In this document: positions 40,501 through 51,500 of the stretch, one piece after another
Position numbering within the stretch: position 1 is the first letter of the stretch
Layout of the letters: every line of letters begins with the position of its first letter
Assembly: GCA_964016885.1 (NCBI GenBank)
Contig: OZ024741.1
Span: 120,156,001 to 120,220,000, forward strand
Length of the DNA stretch: 64,000 nt
Reading direction: 5' to 3'
Source: Eledone cirrhosa
Taxonomy: Eukaryota
Program-made: the position numbers and the translations under genes
Notes under the pieces: generated by a model
Seen by the model: the letters and a program-made list of their open reading frames with translations, nothing else
Databases searched by the model: none
What the model was told of the DNA's origin: nothing

Positions 40501-43207
40501 TTCGTGTTCGTGTTTGTGGTGTTGGTGTTGGTGGTGTTGGTGTTGGTGTTGATGTTGGTGTTGGTGGTGTTGGTGTTGGTGTTGGTGGTGTTGGTGTTGG
40601 TGTTGGTGTTGGTGGTGTTGGTGTTGGTAGTGTTGGTGTTGGTGTTGGTGTTGGTGTTGGTGGTGTTGTTGGTGTTGGTGGTGTTGGTGTTGGTGTTGGT
40701 GGTGTTGGTGTTGGTGTTGGTGGTGTTGGTATTGGTGTTGGTAGTGTTGGTGTTGGTGCTGTTCGTGTTCGTGTTGGTGGTGTTGGTGTTGGTGTTGGTG
40801 TTGGTGTTGGTGTTGGTGGTGTTGGTGTTGGTGGTGTTGGTGTTGGTGGTGGTCGTGTTGGTGTTGGTGATGTTCCTGTTCGTGGTGTTGGTGTTGGTGT
40901 TGGTGTTGGTGTTGGTGGTGTTGGTGTTGGTGTTGGTGGTGTTGGTGTTGGTGTTGGTGTTGGTGGTGTTAGTGTTGGTGTTGGTGGTGTTGGTGTTGGT
41001 GTTGGTGTTGGTGTTGGTGTTGGTGGTATTGGTGTTGGTGGTGTTTGTGTTGGTGGTGTTGGTGTTGTTGGTGGTGTTGGTGTTGGTGTTGGTGTTGGTG
41101 TTGGTGGTGTTGTTGGTGGTGTTGGTGTTGGTGTTGGTGTTGTTGGTATTGGTGTTGGTGTTGGTGGTGGTATTGGTGTTGGTGTTGTTGGTGTTGGTGG
41201 TGTTGGTGTTGGTGTTGTTGGTGTTGTTGGTGTTGGTGTTGGTATTTGTGGTGTTGGTGTTGGTGGTGTTTGTGTTGGTGGTGTTGGTGGTGTTGTTGGT
41301 GTTGGTATTGGCGTTGGTGTTGGTGGTGTTCGTGTTCGTGTTGGTGATGTTGATGTTGGTGGTGTTGGTGTTGGTGTTGATGTTGGTGTTGGTGCTGGTG
41401 GTGTTGGTGTTGGTGGTGTTGGTGTTGTTGGTGTTGGTGTTGATGTTGGTGGTGTTGGTGTTGGTGGTGTTGGTGTTGGTGTTGGTGTTGGTGGTGTCGG
41501 TGTTGGTGGTGTTGGTGTTGGTGTTGGTGGTGGTGGTTTTGGTGTTGGTGTTGGTTTTGTTGGTGTTGTTGGTGTTGGTGTTGATGTTGGTGTTGGTGTT
41601 GGTGGTGTTGGTGTTGGTGGTGTTGGTGTTGGTGTTGGTGTTGCTGTTGGTGGTGTCGGTGTTGGTGGTGTTGGTGTTGGTGTTGGTGGTGGTGGTTTTG
41701 GTGTTGGTGTTGGTTTTGTTGGTGTTGTTGGTGTTGGTGTTGATGTTGGTGTTGGTGTTGGTGGTGTTGGTGTTGGTGGTGTTGGTGTTGGTGTTGGTGT
41801 TGCTGTTGGTGGTGTTGGTGTTGGTGGTGTTGGTGTTGGTGTTGGTGGTAGTGGTGTTGGTGTTGGTGGTGTTGGTGTTGGTGTTGGTGGTGTTGGTGTT
41901 GGTGGTAGTGGTGTTGGTGTTGGTGGTGTTGGTGTTGGTGTTGGTGGTGTTGGTGTTGGTGTTAGTGGTGTTGGTGTTGGTGTTGGTGGTGGTGGTGGTG
42001 GTGGTGGTGGTGGTGTTGGTGTTGGTATTGGTGTTGGTGTTGGTGGTGGTGGTGTTGGTGTTGGTGGTGTTGGTGTTGTTGGTGTTGGTGTTGATGTTGG
42101 TGTTTGTGGTGTTGGTGTTGGTGTTGGTGGTGTTGGTGTTGGTGTTGGTGGTGTTGGTGGTGTTGGTGTTGATGTTGGTGTTGGTGGTGTTGGTGTTGAT
42201 GTTGGTGTTGGTGGTGTTGGTGTTGTTGTTGGTGGTGGTGTTGGTGGTGGTGTTGGTGTTGGTGGTGTTGGTGTTGGTGTTGGTGTTGGTATTGTTGTTG
42301 GTGTTGGTGGTGTTGCTGTTGGTGTTGGTGTGTTTGTGTTGGTGTTCGTGGTGGTGTTGGGGTTGGTGGTGTTAGTGTTGGTGTTGGCGTTTGTGGTGTT
42401 GGTGTTGGTGGTGTTGGTGGTGTTGGTGGTGTTGGTGGTGTTGGTGTTGGTATTGGTGTTGGTGTTGGTGGTGTTGGTGTGGTGGTGTTTGTGTTGCTGT
42501 TGTTGGTGGTGTTGGTGTTGTTGGTGTTGGTGTTGGTGTTGGTGGTGTTGGTGTTGCTGGTGGTGTTGGTGTTGGTGTTGGTATTGTTGTTGGTGTTGGT
42601 GTTGGTGTTGTTGGTGTTGGTGTTGGTGTTGGTGGTGTTGGTGTTGGTGTTGGTGGTGTTGGTGTTTGTGGTGTTGGTGGTGGTGTTGGTGTTGGTGGTG
42701 TTTGTGGTGTTGGTGGTGGTGTTGGTGTTGTTGGTGTTGGTATTGTTGTTGGTGTTGGTGGTGTTGGTGTTGGTGGTGTTTGTGGTGTTGGTGGTGGTGT
42801 TGGTGTTGGTTGTGTTGGTGTTGGTGGTGTTGATGTTGGTGTTGGTGTTGGTGATGGTGGTGTTGGTGTTGGTGGTGGTGTTGGCGTTGGTGGTGTTGGT
42901 GTTGGTGTTGGTGGTGTTGGTGTTGGTGTTGGTGGTGTTGGTGTTGTTGGTGTTGGTGTTAGTGTTGGTGTTGAGTTGGTGTTATTGGTGTTGGTGTTGG
43001 TGTTGGTGTTGGTGGTGGTGTTGGTGTTGGTGGTGTTGGTGATGGTGGTGTTGGTGTTGTTGGTGGTGTTGGTGTTGGTGTTGGTGGTGTTGGTGTTCGT
43101 GGTGTTGGTGTTGTTGGTGGTTTTGGTGTTGGTGTTGGTGGTGTTGGTGTTGGATTTGGATTTGGTGTTGGTGTTGGTGTTGGTTGTATTGGTGTTGGTG
43201 TTGGTGT

Positions 43208-45503
43208 TGTAGTAAGACGCCTCACGCTCCTTGATAGAACAACGCCGGTTGAGAACGCCAGAAAGAAAAAAACAGACAGCCACTGGAAAGCCGACTGATC
43301 ACACGCCAGATACCAGCCTCTGTACAACACCATTGTTTGCGCTACATCAAAAAATAAACGTATATTTCATCTCTAATTTCTGCTGTTATTATGTCACTCG
43401 TATCTCGATAACATCTACAACTAATACTGCTAAAGTGGTGAGCACCTTTGGAAGAGAGCTTTTAGCCATCTATTTGGCCGTGAAACATTTTTCACATGTG
43501 CTAGAGGGTAGGCAATTTACAATCCTCACTGACCATTAACCATTGACTTTTGCTTTGAGAGCGAAGGCTGATAAATACTCGCCCAGAGAGACGAGACACC
43601 TTGATTTCATCTCGCAATATACGAGTGATATCCAGCACATTCCGGATTCACTAAATACAGCGGCCGATGCTTTGTCCCGCTTACCCGTGACAGCGATCTC
43701 GTCATCCTCTGACATAGATCTGACTCGTTTGGCTGCGGATCAGCCTCCCCTTGAGTCATTGGATGTCACATCGCCCGTGTTTGCGAATTGCGAGATGAAA
43801 TACTTGCCTCTGTCGACTGCAGTTGGCCAAATTCTCTGCGACGTCTCTTTGGACGTGCCTAGGCCCTTCGTTCCAGAGAATCATCGTCGGACCGTGTTTC
43901 TGGGATTACATTGTATCTCGCATCCAAGATCTTCTGCCACAGCAAAGCTCATATCAGTTAGATTTTTCTGGCTAAATATGAGGCGTGAAATTGCTGCTTG
44001 GTGCCGTTCCTGCGTCGCTTGCCAGAGATCAAAGGTCCATCGACACGTCAAGGCTTCCCTGGGTACCTTTGCTAACCCAGATGCGCGGTTTTCACATATT
44101 CATATTGACATAGTGGGACCTTGGCCTGTCAGCGATGGTTTTTCTTATCTACTTACCGTCATTGACCGTTTTTCGAGATGGCCTGAGGCCATCCCCTTGA
44201 AAAACATCACCGCGGAGACAACAGCACATGCTCTTGTGTCTGGATGGATCTCTCGTTATGGAGCTCCATCCACAATAACTACTGACCGTGGACGACAGTT
44301 CGAGTCGAGCCTTTTCCTCGAGCTGTCAAAATTAATTGGTGCTAAACGCATTAGAACTACGGCATACCATCCCGCTTCGAATGGTATGGTGGAGCGTTTT
44401 CACCGCCAACTGAAGGCCTCCTTAATGGCCTCACTGGACTCGGCGCATTGGAGCGAGTACCTCCCTATTGTGCTACTAGGGATTCGGTCAACGGTGAAGG
44501 TCGATTTTGGATTTTCACCGGCCGAAGTACTGTACGGTGCCCCTCTGACGTTGCCCGGGCAAATGCTTGCCCCTCTCGATCTTGATGCCCAAGATCACGC
44601 TTCCTACGTGTCCCGTTTACGCTCCTATTTCCAGGATTTGCCGCCAATGGACACTAGGAAACAAACTGTCAAGACTGCTGTCCCGAGGGATATTGCCTCG
44701 TGGACGCATGTTTTTGTAAGGAATGATACGGTGAAGCCCCCGCTCACACAGCCTTACAATGGACCTTACCGTGTCTTAACGCGCTCGGCTAAGCATTTCA
44801 CGTTAGATATTAAGGGGTCCAGGGAGACAGTTACATTAGAAAGGCTTAAGCAGGCGCACCTTGACACGGACGCTGTGGTTCCTGATCCACGAACCCCTTC
44901 GTATTTGCCTGTTGAGCGAACGACTGTTCCTGAACCACCATCATCGCCTGTCCCTACACCACCACCATCGCCACGTTACAAGACCACGACCCGGTCAGGT
45001 CGTAGGGTCCACTGGCCCAAAAAACTTTGCAGCACCGTCTATATTTAGACTATGTTAGCTGCACCTTTTTTTTGCCTCTGTGTTTCTGCTTTTTCTTTGC
45101 CTTGTTTTTTTTATGCATGCATGTCGTTTTTTTTTTTTAACATTTTTCAAATCCTTATTCTGGATTCAATTTTTGCTAGAGCGGATAGCTCCCCCTTGTT
45201 GCATTGTTCGCCATCTTACTCCACATGTGAGTAATGACATCGATTTTCAATAATTTGAAAATCTGGCTCGGGGTACTGTAGTAAGACGCCTCACGCTCCT
45301 TGATAGAACAACGCCGGTTGAGAACGCCAGAAAGAAAAGAACAGACAGCCACTGGAAAGCCGACTGATCACACGCCAGATACCAGCCTCTGTACAACACC
45401 ATTGTTTGTGTTACATCAAAAAATAAACGTATATTTCATCTCTAATTTCTGCTGTTATTATGTCACTCGTATCTCGATAACATCTACAACTAATACTGCT
45501 AAA
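43208..45503 (+). mobile_element. Internally deleted Ty3/gypsy LTR element, copy 2 (LTRs 43208-43434 and 45277-45503)
   Basis: Same as copy 1 except integrase V>A (YGAPS) and one C>T in the 3' LTR. Confidence 0.95.
43441..45048 (+). pseudogene. Truncated pol (RNase H tail + integrase), copy 2
   Basis: ORF 43543-45048 with the same motifs and the same upstream TAA. Confidence 0.9.
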
Positions 45504-45977
45504 GTGTTGTTGGTTTTGGTGTTGTTGGTGTTTGTGTTGGTGGTGTTGGTGTTGTTGGTGGTGTTGGTGTTGTTGGTGTTGGTGTTAGTGTTGGTGTTGA
45601 GTTGGTGTTGTTGGTGTTGGTGTTGGTGTTTGTGGTGTTGGTATTTGTGGTGTTGGTGTTGGTGGTGGTGTTGGCGTTGGTGGTGTTGGTGTTGGTTGTG
45701 TTGGTGTTGGTATTGTTGGTTTTGGTGTTGGTGGTGTTTGTGTTGGTGGTGTTGGTGGTGTTGTTGTTGTTGTTGTTGTTGTTGTTGGTGTTGGTGTTGG
45801 TGGTGTTGGTGATGGTGGTGTTGGTGTTGTTGGTGGTGTTGGTGTTGGTGTTGGTGGTGTTGGTGTTCGTGGTGTTGGTGTTGTTGGTGGTTTTGGTGTT
45901 GGTGTTGGTGGTGTTGGTGTTGGATTTGGATTTGGTGTTGGTGTTGGTGTTGGTTGTATTGGTGTTGGTGTTGGTGT

Positions 45978-48273
45978 TGTAGTAAGACGCCTCACGCTCC
46001 TTGATAGAACAACGCCGGTTGAGAACGCCAGAAAGAAAAAAACAGACAGCCACTGGAAAGCCGACTGATCACACGCCAGATACCAGCCTCTGTACAACAC
46101 CATTGTTTGCGCTACATCAAAAAATAAACGTATATTTCATCTCTAATTTCTGCTGTTATTTTGTCACTCGTATCTCGATAACATCTACAACTAATACTGC
46201 TAAAGTGGTGAGCACCTTTGGAAGAGAGCTTTTAGCCATCTATTTGGCCGTGAAACATTTTTCACATGTGCTAGAGGGTAGGCAATTTACAATCCTCACT
46301 GACCATTAACCATTGACTTTTGCTTTGAGAGCGAAGGCTGATAAATACTCGCCCAGAGAGACGAGACACCTTGATTTCATCTCGCAATATACGAGTGATA
46401 TCCAGCACATTCCGGATTCACTAAATACAGCGGCCGATGCTTTGTCCCGCTTACCCGTGACAGCGATCTCGTCATCCTCTGACATAGATCTGACTCGTTT
46501 GGCTGCGGATCAGCCTCCCCTTGAGTCATTGGATGTCACATCGCCCGTGTTTGCGAATTGCGAGATGAAATACTTGCCTCTGTCGACTGCAGTTGGCCAA
46601 ATTCTCTGCGACGTCTCTTTGGACGTGCCTAGGCCCTTCGTTCCAGAGAATCATCGTCGGACCGTGTTTCTGGGATTACATTGTATCTCGCATCCAAGAT
46701 CTTCTGCCACAGCAAAGCTCATATCAGTTAGATTTTTCTGGCTAAATATGAGGCGTGAAATTGCTGCTTGGTGCCGTTCCTGCGTCGCTTGCCAGAGATC
46801 AAAGGTCCATCGACACGTCAAGGCTTCCCTGGGTACCTTTGCTAACCCAGATGCGCGGTTTTCACATATTCATATTGACATAGTGGGACCTTGGCCTGTC
46901 AGCGATGGTTTTTCTTATCTACTTACCGTCATTGACCGTTTTTCGAGATGGCCTGAGGCCATCCCCTTGAAAAACATCACCGCGGAGACAACAGCACATG
47001 CTCTTGTGTCTGGATGGATCTCTCGTTATGGAGTTCCATCCACAATAACTACTGACCGTGGACGACAGTTCGAGTCGAGCCTTTTCCTCGAGCTGTCAAA
47101 ATTAATTGGTGCTAAACGCATTAGAACTACGGCATACCATCCCGCTTCGAATGGTATGGTGGAGCGTTTTCACCGCCAACTGAAGGCCTCCTTAATGGCC
47201 TCACTGGACTCGGCGCATTGGAGCGAGTACCTCCCTATTGTGCTACTAGGGATTCGGTCAACGGTGAAGGTCGATTTTGGATTTTCACCGGCCGAAGTAC
47301 TGTACGGTGCCCCTCTGACGTTGCCCGGGCAAATGCTTGCCCCTCTCGATCTTGATGCCCAAGATCACGCTTCCTACGTGTCCCGTTTACGCTCCTATTT
47401 CCAGGATTTGCCGCCAATGGACACTAGGAAACAAACTGTCAAGACTGCTGTCCCGAGGGATATTGCCTCGTGGACGCATGTTTTTGTAAGGAATGATACG
47501 GTGAAGCCCCCGCTCACACAGCCTTACAATGGACCTTACCGTGTCTTAACGCGCTCGGCTAAGCATTTCACGTTAGATATTAAGGGGTCCAGGGAGACAG
47601 TTACATTAGAAAGGCTTAAGCAGGCGCACCTTGACACGGACGCTGTGGTTCCTGATCCACGAACCCCTTCGTATTTGCCTGTTGAGCGAACGACTGTTCC
47701 TGAACCACCATCATCGCCTGTTCCTACACCACCACCATCGCCACGTTACAAGACCACGACCCGGTCAGGTCGTAGGGTCCACTGGCCCAAAAAACTTTGC
47801 AGCACCGTCTATATTTAGACTATGTTAGCTGCACCTTTTTTTTGCCTCTGTGTTTCTGCTTTTTCTTTGCCTTGTTTTTTTTATGCATGCATGTCGTTTT
47901 TTTTTTTTAACATTTTTCAAATCCTTATTCTGGATTCAATTTTTGCTAGAGCGGATAGCTCCCCCTTGTTGCATTGTTCGCCATCTTACTCCACATGTGA
48001 GTAATGACATCGATTTTCAATAATTTGAAAATCTGGCTCGGGGTACTGTAGTAAGACGCCTCACGCTCCTTGATAGAACAACGCCGGTTGAGAACGCCAG
48101 AAAGAAAAGAACAGACAGCCACTGGAAAGCCGACTGATCACACGCCAGATACCAGCCTCTGTACAACACCATTGTTTGTGCTACATCAAAAAATAAACGT
48201 ATATTTCATCTCTAATTTCTGCTGTTATTATGTCACTCGTATCTCGATAACATCTACAACTAATACTGCTAAA
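45978..48273 (+). mobile_element. Internally deleted Ty3/gypsy LTR element, copy 3 (LTRs 45978-46204 and 48047-48273)
   Basis: Same as copy 1 except A>T at 46161 in the 5' LTR and a silent change near 47722. Confidence 0.95.
46211..47818 (+). pseudogene. Truncated pol (RNase H tail + integrase), copy 3
   Basis: ORF 46313-47818 with the same motifs and the same upstream TAA. Confidence 0.9.
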
Positions 48274-48525
48274 GTGTTGTTGGTTTTGGTGTTGTTGGTG
48301 TTTGTGTTGGTGGTGTTGGTGTTGTTGGTGGTGTTGGTGTTGTTGGTGTTGGTGTTAGTGTTGGTGTTGAGTTGGTGTTGTTGGTGTTGGTGTTGGTGTT
48401 TGTGGTGTTGGTATTTGTGGTGTTGGTGTTGGTGGTGGTGTTGGCGTTGGTGGTGTTGGTGTTGGTTGTGTTGGTGTTGGTATTGTTGGTTTTGGTGTTG
48501 GTGGTGTTTGTGTTGGTGGTGTTGG

Positions 48526-48556
<31 letters not shown>

Positions 48557-51500
48557 GGTGTTGGTGTTGGTGGTGTTTGTGTTGGTGGTGTTGGTGGTGT
48601 TGTTGTTGTTGTTGTTGGTGTTGGTGTTGGTGGTGTTGGTGTTGTTGGTGTTGGTGTTGGTGTTGGTGTTTGTGGTGTTGGTGTTGCTGGTGTTTTTATT
48701 GGTGTTGGTGGTGTTGTTGGTGTTGGTATTGGTGTTGGTGTTGGTGGTGTTCGTGTTCGTGTTTGTGGTGTTGGTGTTGGTGGTGTTGGTGTTGATGTTG
48801 GTGTTGGTGGTGTTGGTGTTGGTGTTGGTGGTGTTGGTGTTGGTGTTGGTGTTGGTGGTGTTGGTGTTGGTAGTGTTGGTGTTGGTGTTGGTGTTGGTGT
48901 TGGTGGTGTTGTTGGTGTTGGTGGTGTTGGTGTTGGTGTTGGTGGTGTTGGTGTTGGTGTTGGTGGTGTTGGTATTGGTGTTGGTAGTGTTGGTGTTGGT
49001 GCTGTTCGTGTTCGTGTTGGTGGTGTTGGTGTTGGTGTTGGTGTTGGTGTTGGTGTTGGTGGTGTTGGTGTTGGTGGTGTTGGTGTTGGTGGTGGTCGTG
49101 TTGGTGTTGGTGATGTTCCTGTTCGTGGTGTTGGTGTTGGTGTTGGTGTTGGTGTTGGTGGTGTTGGTGTTGGTGTTGGTGGTGTTGGTGTTGGTGTTGG
49201 TGTTGGTGGTGTTAGTGTTGGTGTTGGTGGTGTTGGTGTTGGTGTTGGTGTTGGTGTTGGTGGTATTGGTGTTGGTGGTGTTTGTGTTGGTGGTGTTGGT
49301 GTTGTTGGTGGTGTTGGTGTTGGTGTTGGTGTTGGTGTTGGTGTTGGTGGTGTTGTTGGTGGTGTTGGTGTTGGTGTTGGTGTTGTTGGTATTGGTGTTG
49401 GTGTTGGTGGTGGTATTGGTGTTGGTGTTGTTGGTGTTGGTGGTGTTGGTGTTGGTGTTGTTGGTGTTGTTGGTGTTGGTGTTGGTATTTGTGGTGTTGG
49501 TGTTGGTGGTGTTTGTGTTGGTGGTGTTGGTGGTGTTGTTGGTGTTGGTATTGGCGTTGGTGTTGGTGGTGTTCGTGTTCGTGTTGGTGATGTTGATGTT
49601 GGTGGTGTTGGTGTTGGTGTTGATGTTGGTGTTGGTGCTGGTGGTGTTGGTGTTGGTGGTGTTGGTGTTGTTGGTGTTGGTGTTGATGTTGGTGGTGTTG
49701 GTGTTGGTGGTGTTGGTGTTGGTGTTGGTGTTGGTGGTGTCGGTGTTGGTGGTGTTGGTGTTGGTGTTGGTGGTGGTGGTTTTGGTGTTGGTGTTGGTTT
49801 TGTTGGTGTTGTTGGTGTTGGTGTTGATGTTGGTGTTGGTGTTGGTGGTGTTGGTGTTGGTGGTGTTGGTGTTGGTGTTGGTGTTGCTGTTGGTGGTGTT
49901 GGTGTTGGTGGTGTTGGTGTTGGTGTTGGTGGTAGTGGTGTTGGTGTTGGTGGTGTTGGTGTTGGTGTTGGTGGTGTTGGTGTTGGTGTTAGTGGTGTTG
50001 GTGTTGGTGTTGGTGGTGGTGGTGGTGGTGGTGGTGGTGGTGTTGGTGTTGGTATTGGTGTTGGTGTTGGTGGTGGTGGTGTTGGTGTTGGTGGTGTTGG
50101 TGTTGTTGGTGTTGGTGTTGATGTTGGTGTTGGTGGTGTTGGTGTTGGTGTTGGTGGTGTTGGTGTTGGTGTTGGTGGTGTTGGTGGTGTTGGTGTTGAT
50201 GTTGGTGTTGGTGGTGTTGGTGTTGATGTTGGTGTTGGTGGTGTTGGTGTTGTTGTTGGTGGTGGTGTTGGTGGTGGTGTTGGTGTTGGTCGTGTTGGTG
50301 TTGGTGTTGGTGTTGGTATTGTTGTTGGTGTTGGTGGTGTTGCTGTTGGTGTTGGTGTGTTTGTGTTGGTGTTCGTGGTGGTGTTGGTGTTGGTGGTGTT
50401 AGTGTTGGTGTTGGCGTTTGTGGTGTTGGTGTTGGTGGTGTTGGTGGTGTTGGTGGTGTTGGTGGTGTTGGTGTTGGTATTGGTGTTGGTGTTGGTGGTG
50501 TTGGTGTGGTGGTGTTTGTGTTGCTGTTGTTGGTGGTGTTGGTGTTGTTGGTGTTGGTGTTGGTGTTGGTGGTGTTGGTGTTGCTGGTGGTGTTGGTGTT
50601 GGTGTTGGTATTGTTGTTGGTGTTGGTGTTGGTGTTGTTGGTGTTGGTGTTGGTGTTGGTGGTGTTGGTGTTGGTGTTGGTGGTGTTGGTGTTTGTGGTG
50701 TTGGTGGTGGTGTTGGTGTTGTTGGTGTTGGTATTGGTGGTGTTGGTATTGTTGTTGGTGTTGGTGGTGTTGGTGTTGGTGGTGTTTGTGGTGTTGGTGG
50801 TGGTGTTGGTGTTGTTGGTGTTGGTATTGTTGTTGGTGTTGGTGGTGTTGGTGTTGGTGGTGTTTGTGGTGTTGGTGGTGGTGTTGGTGTTGGTTGTGTT
50901 GGTGTTGGTGGTGTTGGTGTTGGTGTTGGTGTTGGTGATGGTGGTGTTGGTGTTGGTGGTGGTGTTGGCGTTGGTGGTGTTGGTGTTGGTGTTGGTGGTG
51001 TTGGTGTTGGTGTTGGTGTTGGTGGTGTTGGTGTTGGTGGTGTTGGTGTTGGATTTGGATTTGGTGTTGGTGTTGGTTGTGTTGGTGTTGGTGTTGGTAT
51101 TGTTGGTTTTGGTGTTGGTGGTGTTTGTGTTGGTGGTGTTGGTGGTGTTGGTGTTGTTGGTGTTTGTGTTGGTGTTGGTGGTGTTTGTGTTGGTGGTGTT
51201 GGTGGTGTTGGTGTTGTTGTTGTTGGTGTTGGTGTTGGTGGTGTTGGTGTTGTTGGTGTTGGTGTTGGTGTTTGTGGTGTTGGTGTTGGTGGTATTTTTA
51301 TTGGTGTTGGTGGTGTTGTTGGTGTTGGTATTGGTGTTGGTGTTGGTGGTGTTCGTGTTCGTGTTTGTGGTGTTGGTGTTGGTGGTGTTGGTGTTGGTGT
51401 TGATGTTGGTGTTGGTGGTGTTCGTGTTCGTGTTTGTGGTGTTGGTGGTGTTGGTGTTGGTAGTGTTGGTGTTGGTGTTGGTGTTGGTGTTGGTGGTGTT

